Shown piece by piece: positions 1 to 9,586 of a stretch of DNA of 64,000 bases. The stretch is from Rhizobiaceae bacterium (GTDB lineage: Bacteria > Pseudomonadota > Alphaproteobacteria > Rhizobiales > Rhizobiaceae). Each line of letters begins with the position of its first letter. Positions within the stretch are counted from its first letter, which is position 1. The notes under the pieces are model-generated. The model was not told where the DNA came from and searched no databases. It saw only the letters and a program-made list of their open reading frames with translations. The position numbers and the translations under genes are program-made. The stretch covers positions 6,904 through 70,903 of the forward strand of contig JAHBYY010000011.1 in NCBI GenBank assembly GCA_019635715.1, in the 5' to 3' direction.

Positions 1-81
1 CCGGGCCTGCCGGCGCGGAACCGCGAGGCTCGGCGATACGTTTGTGGTCCGTCCGGTGAAATGAGATGAAGGGAGCCGCAT

Positions 82-531
82 ATGGCAGAGGTCAAGCTGA
101 GCCATGGGATCTGGGTCGTCGTCGCGGATGGCGAGAAGGCGCTGTTTCTCGAAAACAAGGGCGATGGCCTTCACCCGCGACTGGAGGTGGTGCGCGAGCT
201 GAGCGAGGAGAACCCACCGACGCGCGCGCAGGGCACGGACCGGCCAGGGCGCTTCAACGACGGACCGTCGCCGCACAAGAGCGCCGTAGCGGAGACGGAC
301 TGGCACCGCATCGCCAAGACGCGCTTCGCCGACGAGATCGCGGACAAACTCTACCATGCCGCGCATCGCGGCGATTTCCGCGAGGTCGTGCTGGTGGCAC
401 CCCCGCTGGTGCTCGGCGAGATGCGCAAGAAGCTGCACAAGGAAGTCGCCGCGCGGGTGATGGGCGAGTTCGCCCGGACGCTTACCAACCATACGGTGCC
501 GGACATCGAGAAATCGCTTATGGCCGCCTGA
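82..531 (+). CDS. Host attachment family protein (AtsE/baeRF12-like)
   Basis: 149 aa; N-terminal WVVVADGEKALFLEN, DRPGR and VLVAPP..LGEMR motifs typical of the family; GGAG RBS upstream. Confidence 0.8.
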   Translation: MAEVKLSHGIWVVVADGEKALFLENKGDGLHPRLEVVRELSEENPPTRAQGTDRPGRFNDGPSPHKSAVAETDWHRIAKTRFADEIADKLYHAAHRGDFREVVLVAPPLVLGEMRKKLHKEVAARVMGEFARTLTNHTVPDIEKSLMAA

Positions 532-741
532 TCCGGTGGGAGACGGCCCGGGCGCGATACGGGCAACACCCCGCCGGGGAATGTCGCGGCCGCCTTCCTC
601 TCCATTTCCTATCCCGTCGCGAAGGTTTTTTGACCCGCCTGGGGTTGCGCTCGGCACGGGTGTCCAACCATATTGCAAGCCAAGCGCTCACGCGCTTTCC
701 CGACCCCGTCCGCTTCTTTTTTGAAAGGGCTCCCCCGAGCG

Positions 742-2703
742 ATGCCGCATGACACGCCCCTTATCGCCACGATCGTCATGGGCCTGGGGCTGGCATTCGT
801 GTTCGGTGCGATCGCAAACCGGTTTCGCATCCCCCCGCTGGTCGGCTACCTGATCGCCGGCGTCCTCGTCGGGCCGCATACGCCGGGCTTCGTGGCCGAC
901 CAGGAGCTGGCGCTCGAACTCGCCGAGATCGGCGTCATCCTGCTGATGTTCGGCGTCGGGCTGCATTTCTCCCTGAAGGACCTGCTGTCGGTGCGGGCGA
1001 TCGCCGTGCCCGGCGCTGTCGTGCAGATCGCCTTCGCCACCGCGCTCGGCGCCGGCCTCGCCTGGCTGCTCGGCTGGACGCTGGGTGCCGGCATCGTCTT
1101 CGGCCTGGCGCTCTCGGTGGCCAGTACCGTCGTGCTGCTCAAGGCGCTGCAGGACCGGCGGATGATCGAGACGGAGCGGGGGCGGATCGCCGTCGGCTGG
1201 CTGATCGTCGAGGATCTCGCCATGGTGCTGGCGCTGGTGCTGCTGCCGGCGCTGGCCGGCGTGCTGGGCGGCAGCGGCGAGGAGCCGCGCGAGGCGAGCA
1301 ACATCCTGGCGCTGCAGTTCGACTTCGGCGTGTGGGGCGTCATCGGCATCACGCTTGCCAAGGTCGCCGCCTTCGTCATCGTCATGCTGGTGGTGGGGCG
1401 CAGGGTCATCCCCTGGCTGCTGCACTACGTCGCCCACACAGGTTCGCGCGAGCTCTTCCGCCTCGCGGTGCTGGCGATCGCGCTGGGCGTCGCCTTCGGC
1501 GCGGCCAAGCTGTTCGGCGTGTCGCTGGCGCTCGGCGCCTTCTTCGCCGGCATGATCATGAGCGAATCGGAACTGTCGCACCGCGCCGCCGAAGAGTCGC
1601 TGCCGCTGCGCGACGCCTTCTCGGTGCTGTTCTTCGTTTCGGTCGGCATGCTGTTCGACCCGACCAGCCTGCTGCGCGAAACCTGGCCGATCCTGGCGAC
1701 GCTGTTCATCATCGTCATCGGCAAATCGGTGGCCGCCTTCCTGATCGTCATCGCCTTCCGATACCCGGCGGGAACGGCGCTGATCATCTCGGCGAGTTTG
1801 GCGCAGATCGGCGAATTCTCCTTCATCCTGGCGGAACTCGGCGTCAGTCTCGACCTGCTCCCGGAACAGGGCCGCGACCTGATCCTGGCAGGTGCGATCC
1901 TGTCGATCGTGCTCAACCCGCTGGTGTTCGCCGCTGTCGGACGTCTGAAGCCCTGGCTCGAACGGCGCCAGGCCGCCGAGGCGCTGGTCCCGGCCGATGG
2001 TCCCGCCGACGCAGCATTGCCCGAGGCCGCGCCGGTCGCCGCCAAGGCTCCGCCGGCCAAGAAGGACGACGACGCCCCCAAGACGACCTTGCTCACCGGC
2101 CACACGATCCTCATGGGCTATGGCCGGGTCGGCAGCCTCGTCGGCGAGAACCTCAAGGCGGCGAACCTGCCTTTCCTGGTGATCGAGGACGGCGACAAGA
2201 CGATCGCGCGGCTCCACGAGGCGGGGATCGATGTCGTCGAAGGCAACGGCGCCAATGCCGAGGTGTTCGCCGCCGCCAATCCGGCCGCCGCCAGGCGGCT
2301 GGTGCTCGCGATCCCCAATGCCTTCGAGGCCGGCCAGGTGATTCTTCGCGCGCGCGCCGCGAACCCCGATATCGTGGTGATCGCGCGTGCGCACTCCGAC
2401 GCGGAGGTCGACCATCTTAAGGGACTTGGCGCCAATACGGTGATCATGGGCGAGCGCGAGATCGCACGCGGCATCGTCGAGCTGATCGTCGAGCCGGCGC
2501 CGGCGGCTCCCCAGCCGGAACTGACCGACGAGAAGGGGTCGACGCCCGAACTTTCGACGGAAGGCGCGCCGGACCAAGGCGACGTTCACGTTCTTCCGGT
2601 AACGTCGGAGGAGAGCCCAGACCCCGCCGCGGCGCCCACCGACGCTGCGGATCAGGCGGTGCCGGGCCCCTCCGAGGAAGCGCCCCGGCCGGACAAGCCC
2701 TGA
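742..2703 (+). CDS. ybaL: Kef-type cation:proton antiporter (CPA2, YbaL/RosB-like) with C-terminal TrkA-N/RCK domain
   Basis: MPHDTPLIATIV start, many TM helices, LIVEDL and QIGEFSFIL motifs, GYGRVG RCK motif; acidic/Pro-rich tail. Start set at ATG 742. Confidence 0.88.
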   Translation: MPHDTPLIATIVMGLGLAFVFGAIANRFRIPPLVGYLIAGVLVGPHTPGFVADQELALELAEIGVILLMFGVGLHFSLKDLLSVRAIAVPGAVVQIAFATALGAGLAWLLGWTLGAGIVFGLALSVASTVVLLKALQDRRMIETERGRIAVGWLIVEDLAMVLALVLLPALAGVLGGSGEEPREASNILALQFDFGVWGVIGITLAKVAAFVIVMLVVGRRVIPWLLHYVAHTGSRELFRLAVLAIALGVAFGAAKLFGVSLALGAFFAGMIMSESELSHRAAEESLPLRDAFSVLFFVSVGMLFDPTSLLRETWPILATLFIIVIGKSVAAFLIVIAFRYPAGTALIISASLAQIGEFSFILAELGVSLDLLPEQGRDLILAGAILSIVLNPLVFAAVGRLKPWLERRQAAEALVPADGPADAALPEAAPVAAKAPPAKKDDDAPKTTLLTGHTILMGYGRVGSLVGENLKAANLPFLVIEDGDKTIARLHEAGIDVVEGNGANAEVFAAANPAAARRLVLAIPNAFEAGQVILRARAANPDIVVIARAHSDAEVDHLKGLGANTVIMGEREIARGIVELIVEPAPAAPQPELTDEKGSTPELSTEGAPDQGDVHVLPVTSEESPDPAAAPTDAADQAVPGPSEEAPRPDKP

Positions 2704-2719
2704 CGGGTTCAGGCCGGGG

Positions 2720-3931
2720 TCAGGCGACCGTCGATCGAAGCCGCTCCGCAATCAGCTCGGCCAGGCGCGCCGCGACCTCGTCCTTGCCGAGATCGGGCCA
2801 TTCGTCGATGCCGGCCGCCGACACGATGGAGACGCGGTTGCGCGCGCCGCCCATCACGTCGCCGCCGACATCGTTGGCGACGATGAGGTCGGCGCCCTTC
2901 CGCTTCAGCTTGGCCTGCGCATTGGCATGCAGGTGCTGCGTCTCGGCGGCGAAGCCTATGACCAGAAACGGACGCAGCCTGTGATGGCCGACGGTCGACA
3001 GGATGTCCGGGTTCTCGATCATCCTCAAGGTCGGCGGCCCCTCGCCTGCCACCTTCTTGATCTTCTGGCCGGCGGCATCGGCGGTGCGCCAGTCGGCGAC
3101 CGCCGCCACGAAGACGGCGGCGTCGGCCGGCAGCTCGGCCTCCACCGCCGCCAGCATGTCGCGCGCCGTCTCGACATGGCGAGTCGACACGCCGTCCGGA
3201 TCGGCAAGGGCGACCGGCCCCGTCACCAGGCGCACGTCGGCGCCGAGGCGCGCCAGGGCGGCTGCGATCGCGTGACCCTGCCGGCCCGACGACCGGTTGG
3301 CGATGTAGCGGACCGGGTCGATCGGCTCATGTGTCGGGCCCGACGTCACCACGATGCGGCGACCGGCGAGGGGCCCGGCGGAGGGCGCCAGTTTGGCCTC
3401 GATCGCCGCCACGATCTCCAGCGGCTCGGCCATGCGGCCTTCGCCGGCCTCGCCGCTCTCGGCCATCTCGCCCCTGCCGGGTCCGACGAAGGCAATGCCG
3501 TCCGATTTCAGCGCGGCGCGGTTGCGGCGGGTCGCAGGGTGCTCCCACATGCGCGGATTCATCGCCGGCGCCATCAGGACCGGCTTGTCGGTGGCCAACA
3601 GGACGGCGGAGGCGAGATCGTTGGCCAGCCCGTTCGCCAGCTTCGCCATCAGATCGGCGGTCGCCGGCGCGACGACGATCAGGTCAGCCTGGCGCGACAG
3701 GCGGATATGGCCGACGTCATGCTCGTCGTCGCGGTCGAACAGCTCGGTGAAGACGCGATCCGCCGACAGCGTGCCGACCGACAGCGGCGTGACGAATTCG
3801 GTCGCCGCGGCGGTCATGACACAGCGCACCGCCGCGCCGCGCTCACGCAGACGCCGGATCAGGTCGAGCGTTTTGTAAGCGGCGATGCCGCCGCCGATGA
3901 TCAGCAGGATGCGTTTGGAAGAGAGGGTCAT
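2720..3931 (-). CDS. coaBC: Bifunctional phosphopantothenoylcysteine decarboxylase/ligase
   Basis: GGIAAYK, HIRLSR, PAMNPRMW, GPTHEPIDPVRYIANRSSGRQG, GFAAET motifs; start ATG overlaps the vapC stop (ATGA 3928-3931). Confidence 0.95.
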   Translation of the reverse strand: MTLSSKRILLIIGGGIAAYKTLDLIRRLRERGAAVRCVMTAAATEFVTPLSVGTLSADRVFTELFDRDDEHDVGHIRLSRQADLIVVAPATADLMAKLANGLANDLASAVLLATDKPVLMAPAMNPRMWEHPATRRNRAALKSDGIAFVGPGRGEMAESGEAGEGRMAEPLEIVAAIEAKLAPSAGPLAGRRIVVTSGPTHEPIDPVRYIANRSSGRQGHAIAAALARLGADVRLVTGPVALADPDGVSTRHVETARDMLAAVEAELPADAAVFVAAVADWRTADAAGQKIKKVAGEGPPTLRMIENPDILSTVGHHRLRPFLVIGFAAETQHLHANAQAKLKRKGADLIVANDVGGDVMGGARNRVSIVSAAGIDEWPDLGKDEVAARLAELIAERLRSTVA

Positions 3932-4353
3932 GACCGCGCTTCCCACGGATTGATGATGCCGATGCCACAATTCTCGAAGTCCCAAACGTTCCGTGTTGCG
4001 ACGGCGTATCCGTGAGTCAGCGCAATCGCGGCAATCTCACAGTCCATCTCAGAGATAGGCCGCCCGGATTTGCGACGCTGCGAGAATATCCGCGCATACT
4101 GAATGGCCGCAGTTTCCTCGAAACCGAGAACCGGCGTCATCAAGCTATGCTCGAAGAAGCGTTCGATGGCGTAGGCGAGCGCCTGCTTTCGCTTTCCGTC
4201 GCTCATCAACGCAAGGCCGGTCAGGAGCTCGGCCTTATTCACGGATGTCACGAATACCTGGCTCAGAGGTTGTTCCCGCAGCCAGCCGGCGACGGTCCGG
4301 TCAGGGGCGGGTCGGAACGCCTCCGAGATGACGTTGGTATCAAGGATGATCAT
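3928..4353 (-). CDS. vapC: Type II TA toxin, PIN-domain VapC (FitB-like)
   Basis: MIILDTNVISE...AEL...DCEIAAIA...ATRNVWDF...INPW PIN signature; visibly AT-richer than neighbours. Confidence 0.92.
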   Translation of the reverse strand: MIILDTNVISEAFRPAPDRTVAGWLREQPLSQVFVTSVNKAELLTGLALMSDGKRKQALAYAIERFFEHSLMTPVLGFEETAAIQYARIFSQRRKSGRPISEMDCEIAAIALTHGYAVATRNVWDFENCGIGIINPWEARS

Positions 4354-4621
4354 CGCCCATGTCGTCCCAGTCTTCAAAGGGGATGGGACGAGGCGCAGCC
4401 TGACGCGGCACGATCGGGATTTCGAATCCGCCATGCGGTTCTACCAATTCTCTTATGGCATCGTAGAGATTGGTTCGTCGTGGAGCCTCATCGCGCGCGG
4501 AAGCGGCATCGCGCAGGATCACCCGTAGCTCTGCCTCCAAGGAGTTGCCGTGACGGGCCGCACGAAGCCGCAGGCGCTGTTTTGTCTCGTCATCGACATT
4601 CCTGACGGTCATGTTTGCCAT
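4340..4621 (-). CDS. Ribbon-helix-helix antitoxin (FitA-like)
   Basis: MANMTVRNVDDETKQRLRLRAARHGNSLEAELRVIL is the FitA/Arc-type RHH pattern; overlaps the toxin start. Confidence 0.88.
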   Translation of the reverse strand: MANMTVRNVDDETKQRLRLRAARHGNSLEAELRVILRDAASARDEAPRRTNLYDAIRELVEPHGGFEIPIVPRQAAPRPIPFEDWDDMGDDHP

Positions 4622-4651
4622 GTCCGGCCTCCTGATCTGGAGATGGATTCC

Positions 4652-4688
4652 GATGCCTGCAATGTATTCAATGACTGCAATGCAATCA
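4652..4688. promoter_or_regulatory. Putative TA autoregulatory operator
   Basis: TGACTGCA-A-TGCAATCA imperfect inverted repeat (4672-4688) plus an extra TGCAATG half-site just upstream of the antitoxin start. Confidence 0.5.
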
Positions 4689-6260
4689 AGCCAAACGCCA
4701 CGCAATCCAGACCAGCACCGCGGCAATCACCCATAGGGCCACGCGCCCCCATCGCCCGGCGTGTGCCTCGGCCTTGCCGATCATCCGGGCCGTCTCGGGA
4801 TCGAAGCGCAGGCCGTGCTCGGCCATCGCGTCGATCTCGCGCGTCAGGCGATCGGTGCGCGCCGCAAGGTCGGGAGCCTGACGGGCGAAGGCAAGCATGG
4901 CGTTCACCCCGTCGCGTGCGTCCGACATCAGCCCGCGCGGGCCCAGATTCTCGCGGATCCAGTGGCCGACCACCGGTTCGGCGGTCTTCCACATGTTGAA
5001 GGCGGGATCGAGCGAGCGCGCCACGCCCTCGACGACGACCATCGTCTTCTGCAGCAGCACCAGTTCCGCCCGCGTCTCCATGTCGAAGAGCTCAGTCACC
5101 TCGAACAGCAGGGTCAGCAGCTTGGCCATCGAGATCGTCTCGGCCGGCTGGCCATGGATCGGCTCGCCGATGGCGCGGATCGCCTGGGCGAAGGACGCGA
5201 CATCATGGTGGCGCGGCACGTAGCCCGCCTCGAAATGCACCTCGGCGACGCGGCGATAGTCGCGCGTGATGAAGCCGAAGAGGATCTCGGCAAGGAAGCG
5301 CCGCTCCTTCTTGCCGAGACGGCCGGAGATGCCCAGGTCGACCGCGACGATGGTGCCGTCGGCCTCGACGAAGAGATTTCCCGGGTGCATGTCGGCGTGA
5401 AAGAAGCCGTCGCGCAGCGTATGGCGCAGGAACGACTGGACCAGCGTCGCGGCGACGGCCCTGAGGTCATGGCCGGCGGCGGCGAGCCCGGCAATGTCGT
5501 TCATCTTGATGCCGTCGATCCATTCCATGGTGACGACGTCGCGGCCGGTGCGCTCCCAGTCGACCTTCGGCACGCGGAAGCCGGGATCGTCGCGCGTGTT
5601 CTCGCCGATCTCCGAAAGTGCGGCCGCTTCGAGCCGCAGGTCCATCTCGATCTTGGTGGTTTGCGCCAGGGTCTGGGTCACAAGAACCGGCCGCAGCCGC
5701 CGCGACGAGGCGATGAAGCGCTCCTGCAGGCGGGCCGCCAGGAAATAGCTCTCGAGGTCGCGCTGGAAGGCCAGCCGCACGCCCGGCCGGATGACCTTGA
5801 CCGCGACCTTCGCCGTCGCGCCGTCGCGCTTCACCTCGCCCGGATGGACCTGGGCGATGGAAGCGGCGGCGACCGGCTCGCCGATGCGCGAAAAGAGCTC
5901 GCCCACCGGGCGGCCCAGCGACCCTTCGATCTCGGCAATCGCCTGCGCGGTGGCGAAGGTCGCCATGCGGTCCTGAAGGCGGGCCAGGTCGAGCGCGACG
6001 TCGTTGCCGACGACGTCCGGACGCGTCGCCAGGAACTGGCCCAGCTTGACGTAGGATGGCCCCAGGCGGGCAACCGCGCCGGACAAGCGTTCGCTGCGCT
6101 CCAGCCCGCGAGCCCTCCGGCGGGTGAAGAAGCGCGCGAGCCGCCAGGCGGCCTTGGGCGGGCCGGAAAGCTCTTCGCCCGGGAGGGCCGCGAACACACC
6201 CTCGCGCGTCAGGATCCAGCCGGCCCGCACGAGCCGGAACGCCGCACCGACAGTGCTCAT
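4686..6260 (-). CDS. ubiB: Ubiquinone biosynthesis protein kinase-like UbiB
   Basis: LGPSYVKLGQFLATRPD, AAASIAQVH, VAVKV, FFHADMHPGN motifs; follows ubiE. Confidence 0.95.
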   Translation of the reverse strand: MSTVGAAFRLVRAGWILTREGVFAALPGEELSGPPKAAWRLARFFTRRRARGLERSERLSGAVARLGPSYVKLGQFLATRPDVVGNDVALDLARLQDRMATFATAQAIAEIEGSLGRPVGELFSRIGEPVAAASIAQVHPGEVKRDGATAKVAVKVIRPGVRLAFQRDLESYFLAARLQERFIASSRRLRPVLVTQTLAQTTKIEMDLRLEAAALSEIGENTRDDPGFRVPKVDWERTGRDVVTMEWIDGIKMNDIAGLAAAGHDLRAVAATLVQSFLRHTLRDGFFHADMHPGNLFVEADGTIVAVDLGISGRLGKKERRFLAEILFGFITRDYRRVAEVHFEAGYVPRHHDVASFAQAIRAIGEPIHGQPAETISMAKLLTLLFEVTELFDMETRAELVLLQKTMVVVEGVARSLDPAFNMWKTAEPVVGHWIRENLGPRGLMSDARDGVNAMLAFARQAPDLAARTDRLTREIDAMAEHGLRFDPETARMIGKAEAHAGRWGRVALWVIAAVLVWIAWRLA

Positions 6261-6273
6261 GCGCGCCGAACCG

Positions 6274-7050
6274 TCAAAGCTTCCAGCCGGAATGCGCCGC
6301 CGCGATGCCGCCGGAATAGCTGCGCCAGGTGACACGGCCGAAGCCGGCCTCGCCGATCATCGCCGCGAAATCCGCCTTGGCCGGGAATTTTCGGATCGAC
6401 TCGACCAGATAGGCGTAAGGCTCGCCGTCGCCGGCGACCAGCTTGCCGATGCGCGGGATCGCATTGAACGACCAGGCCTCATAGGCCTTGTCGAGGATCG
6501 GCATCTCGACCTCGGAAAACTCCAGGCAGAGGAAGCGTCCGCCGGGCTTCAGCACGCGCAGCGCCTCGCGCAGGGCGCGGTCGATCTGCGGGACGTTGCG
6601 GATGCCGAAGGCGATCGTGTAGGCGTCGAAGGTCTCGTCGGCGAAGGGCAGTTCTTCGGCATTGGCCTCGACGAACTCGACATGCTGCGAAAGCTTCCTT
6701 CTCGCGGCGCGCTCGCGGCCGACGGCCAGCATCGAGCCGTTGATGTCGAGGACCGTCGCGCCGGCCTGCCGGCCGGACGCCTCGACGATGCGGAAGGCGA
6801 TGTCGCCGGTGCCGCCGGCGACGTCCAGCACCTTCCAGCCGGCGCGGCGCGGCGGATTGAGCCACGCCACCGCCGCGTCCTTCCAGAGGCGATGCAGGCC
6901 GCCGGACATGATGTCGTTCATCAGGTCGTAGCGGTTCGCGACGCGATGGAACACCGCATCGACCAAAGGCTGCTTCTCGCCGTCGGCGACGGACTGGAAG
7001 CCGTAGGAATGCTGCATGTCCCCGGCCGAGGTGGCGCGCTGTTCAGACAT
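6274..7050 (-). CDS. ubiE: Ubiquinone/menaquinone C-methyltransferase
   Basis: [42 protein letters not shown] motifs. Confidence 0.96.
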   Translation of the reverse strand: MSEQRATSAGDMQHSYGFQSVADGEKQPLVDAVFHRVANRYDLMNDIMSGGLHRLWKDAAVAWLNPPRRAGWKVLDVAGGTGDIAFRIVEASGRQAGATVLDINGSMLAVGRERAARRKLSQHVEFVEANAEELPFADETFDAYTIAFGIRNVPQIDRALREALRVLKPGGRFLCLEFSEVEMPILDKAYEAWSFNAIPRIGKLVAGDGEPYAYLVESIRKFPAKADFAAMIGEAGFGRVTWRSYSGGIAAAHSGWKL

Positions 7051-7154
7051 CGTCCTCTACCAAGCGTGATCGATCAGACGATACCCGATGCACCCTGTGA
7101 AGGCTATTGTCCAGCCACGCGATCGAATGCCGCGATTCGTGCGAGGACGAGCCT

Positions 7155-8156
7155 ATGCCGGTCAAAGCCGAACTCCATTGTCATATCGAAGGCGCCGCAG
7201 CGCCCGAACTCGTGGTGGCGCAGGCGCGCAAATACGGGAAGGACGCAAGCCCCTACATCAGTGGCGACGCCTTTGTCTGGAACGACTTCACCTCGTTCCT
7301 CGCGGCCTACGACTTCGCGGCCGACCTGTTCCGGACGGAAGACGACTATGCGCGGCTGGCCGAGCACTACCTGACCAGCCTGGCGCGCGACGGCGCCATC
7401 TATTCCGAGATCTTCATCTCGCCGGACCATGCGCGGCGGGCCGGCCTGCCGCCCGGAGCCTACGCGGACGCGCTGGCGGTCGGCATCCGACGGGCGCGCG
7501 ACAAGACCGGCATCGAAGGACGGATGATCGTCATCGGCGTGCGGCATTTCGGCGTCGAGGCCGTCGAGACGGCGGCCCGCTTCGCCGCGCGCTGCGGCAA
7601 TCCGCTGGTCACCGGCTTCGGCATGGCCGGCGAGGAGCGCTTCGGCGAAATGGAGGACTATGTCCTTGCTTTCGAGATCGCCCGCGAGGCCGGCCTCGGC
7701 CTCACCGTGCATGCCGGCGAGCTCACCGGCTGGGAAACCGTGGCAGCGGCGCTCGACCACATCCGCCCGCATCGCATCGGGCACGGCGTGCGGGCGATCG
7801 AGAATCCCGACCTGGTGAAGCGCATCGCAGACGAGGGCGTAGTGCTCGAATGCTGCCCGGGGTCGAACGTGGCGCTGAAGGTTTTCGACGGCTGGGCGGA
7901 CCATCCCTTCCCGGCGCTGCGGGCAGCCGGCTGCAAGGTCACGCTGAATTCCGACGACCCGCCCTATTTCCACACCTCGATCAAGGCGGAGTACGACAAT
8001 GCCGGCCTGCATTTCGGGCTGGAGACGAAGGCGCTGACTGCCATCACCCGGACCGCCGTCGAGGCCGCCTTCGTCGACCGCAAGACGCGCGGCGAACTGC
8101 TGTCGCGCCTTGGTCCGGTTCTCGGCGCATTCAAGCCCGGCCGGGCGCGCGCCTGA
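7155..8156 (+). CDS. add: Adenosine/adenine deaminase
   Basis: KAELHCHIEG, HAGE, RIGHG, CPGSN, NSDDP motifs. Confidence 0.92.
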   Translation: MPVKAELHCHIEGAAAPELVVAQARKYGKDASPYISGDAFVWNDFTSFLAAYDFAADLFRTEDDYARLAEHYLTSLARDGAIYSEIFISPDHARRAGLPPGAYADALAVGIRRARDKTGIEGRMIVIGVRHFGVEAVETAARFAARCGNPLVTGFGMAGEERFGEMEDYVLAFEIAREAGLGLTVHAGELTGWETVAAALDHIRPHRIGHGVRAIENPDLVKRIADEGVVLECCPGSNVALKVFDGWADHPFPALRAAGCKVTLNSDDPPYFHTSIKAEYDNAGLHFGLETKALTAITRTAVEAAFVDRKTRGELLSRLGPVLGAFKPGRARA

Positions 8157-8260
8157 TCCCCAGGGCGACGCCGCCTCTCCGGACAAATCTGTGATTGCGC
8201 GCCGAGAGCGGTTTCACGACTGCGCGTCGATGACTAAAGTGGCGCGACAGCAGCCATTCC

Positions 8261-8905
8261 ATGGAGACCCGACCGATTATGGGCGTCACCGTCATCGACC
8301 ATCCGCTTGTCCAGCACAAGCTCACCATCATGCGCAAGAAGGAGACGTCGACCGCCGGCTTCCGGCGGCTGCTGCGGGAAATCTCGCTGCTGCTCGGCTA
8401 TGAGGTGACGCGCGACCTCGAACTGACGACGATGGAGATCGAGACGCCGCTGGAGGTGATGCAGGCGCCGACGCTGGAAGGCAAGAAGCTGGTGTTCGCC
8501 TCGGTGCTGCGCGCCGGCAACGGACTGCTCGAGGGCCTGCTGGATCTGGTTCCCGCCGCCCGCGTCGCGCATATCGGGCTCTATCGCGACCACGACACGC
8601 TGGAAGCCGTCGAGTATTTCTTCAAGGCGCCGAGCGACCTGGCGGACCGCCTGGTGATCGTCGTCGATCCGATGCTGGCCACCGCCAATTCGGCCATCGC
8701 GGCGATCGACAAGCTGAAGGAGCGCGGCGCCACCAATTTGCGCTATCTCTGCCTGCTGGCCGCTCCGGAGGGCGTCGAGCGCTTCGTCAAGGCGCATCCC
8801 GACGTGCCGGTGTTCACGGCATCGATCGACCGGCAGCTCAACGAGAAGGGATATATCTGCCCCGGCCTCGGCGACGCCGGCGACCGGCTCTACGGCACCA
8901 AGTGA
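8261..8905 (+). CDS. upp: Uracil phosphoribosyltransferase
   Basis: [31 protein letters not shown] motifs; alternative start ATG 8279. Confidence 0.96.
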   Translation: METRPIMGVTVIDHPLVQHKLTIMRKKETSTAGFRRLLREISLLLGYEVTRDLELTTMEIETPLEVMQAPTLEGKKLVFASVLRAGNGLLEGLLDLVPAARVAHIGLYRDHDTLEAVEYFFKAPSDLADRLVIVVDPMLATANSAIAAIDKLKERGATNLRYLCLLAAPEGVERFVKAHPDVPVFTASIDRQLNEKGYICPGLGDAGDRLYGTK

Positions 8906-8928
8906 GCTGTGCGACTTCGACCGGATCC

Positions 8929-8944
8929 GTAACCGGGAATTAAC
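8929..8944 (+). promoter_or_regulatory. CtrA-like binding box
   Basis: GTAA-CCGGGAA-TTAAC, one mismatch to TTAA-N7-TTAAC, upstream of the aspartic protease gene. Confidence 0.5.
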
Positions 8945-9037
8945 GATAGGTTGCGGAACGGAGGCGCGACGGCGGTCCGTTAAGGTCGCCTAAGCCTTGC
9001 CCGAGGCAGATTGGAGCGGAATCAACCGGTCCCAATC

Positions 9038-9586
9038 ATGCTTCGCAATGCCATCGTCATCGGCCTCGTCATCGGCACATCGGCCTCCGTGCCGCTGATC
9101 TACCAGGCCTATCCGGAGGTCGTCGCCGCGCTGACCCAGTCCAAGACCCCGGAGGCGGAGCTGCCCGCCCGGGCGATGGCCGTCTCGGCACCGGCGCCGT
9201 CCCGGCCGGCGAGCGGACGAACCTTCATGATCGACGTCGACAGTTCCGGCCATTTCTTCGGGGACTTCAAACTCAACGGGCGCAAGGTCGAGGCGCTGAT
9301 CGATACGGGTGCCAGCACGGTCGCGATCAACCTGTCGACCGCGCGCAAGCTCGGAATGAACATCCAGGCCTCCGACATGAAGAACACCGTCAACACGGCG
9401 AACGGCAAGGCCCGCGCCACCCTGGCGATGATCGGCCGGGTCGAGGTCGGGCGTATCCTCGTCGAAGACGTCCAGGCCGTCGTCCTCGAGGACGAGGCGC
9501 TGAGCACGACGCTGATCGGCATGACCTTCCTCAACCGCCTCAAGGCCTTCAAGGTCGACGACGGAACGCTGACCCTCGTCCAGTAG
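9038..9586 (+). CDS. Clan AA (retropepsin-like) aspartic protease, TIGR02281/PerP-like
   Basis: N-terminal TM/signal, GHF, LIDTGAS catalytic motif, LIGMTFL C-terminal motif. Confidence 0.85.
   Translation: MLRNAIVIGLVIGTSASVPLIYQAYPEVVAALTQSKTPEAELPARAMAVSAPAPSRPASGRTFMIDVDSSGHFFGDFKLNGRKVEALIDTGASTVAINLSTARKLGMNIQASDMKNTVNTANGKARATLAMIGRVEVGRILVEDVQAVVLEDEALSTTLIGMTFLNRLKAFKVDDGTLTLVQ

Noticed and set aside
2490-2703. Acidic/Pro-rich tail of the antiporter as a separate domain
   Set aside because: Looks like a low-complexity disordered extension with no motif.
688-2751. 687-aa antisense ORF, and similar long ORFs such as 4761-6332, 9707-11419, 17512-19662, 23240-25324, 44533-46848, 46428-48713 and 54305-56998
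   Set aside because: Shadow frames opposite well-supported genes; expected in high-GC DNA and lacking recognisable motifs.
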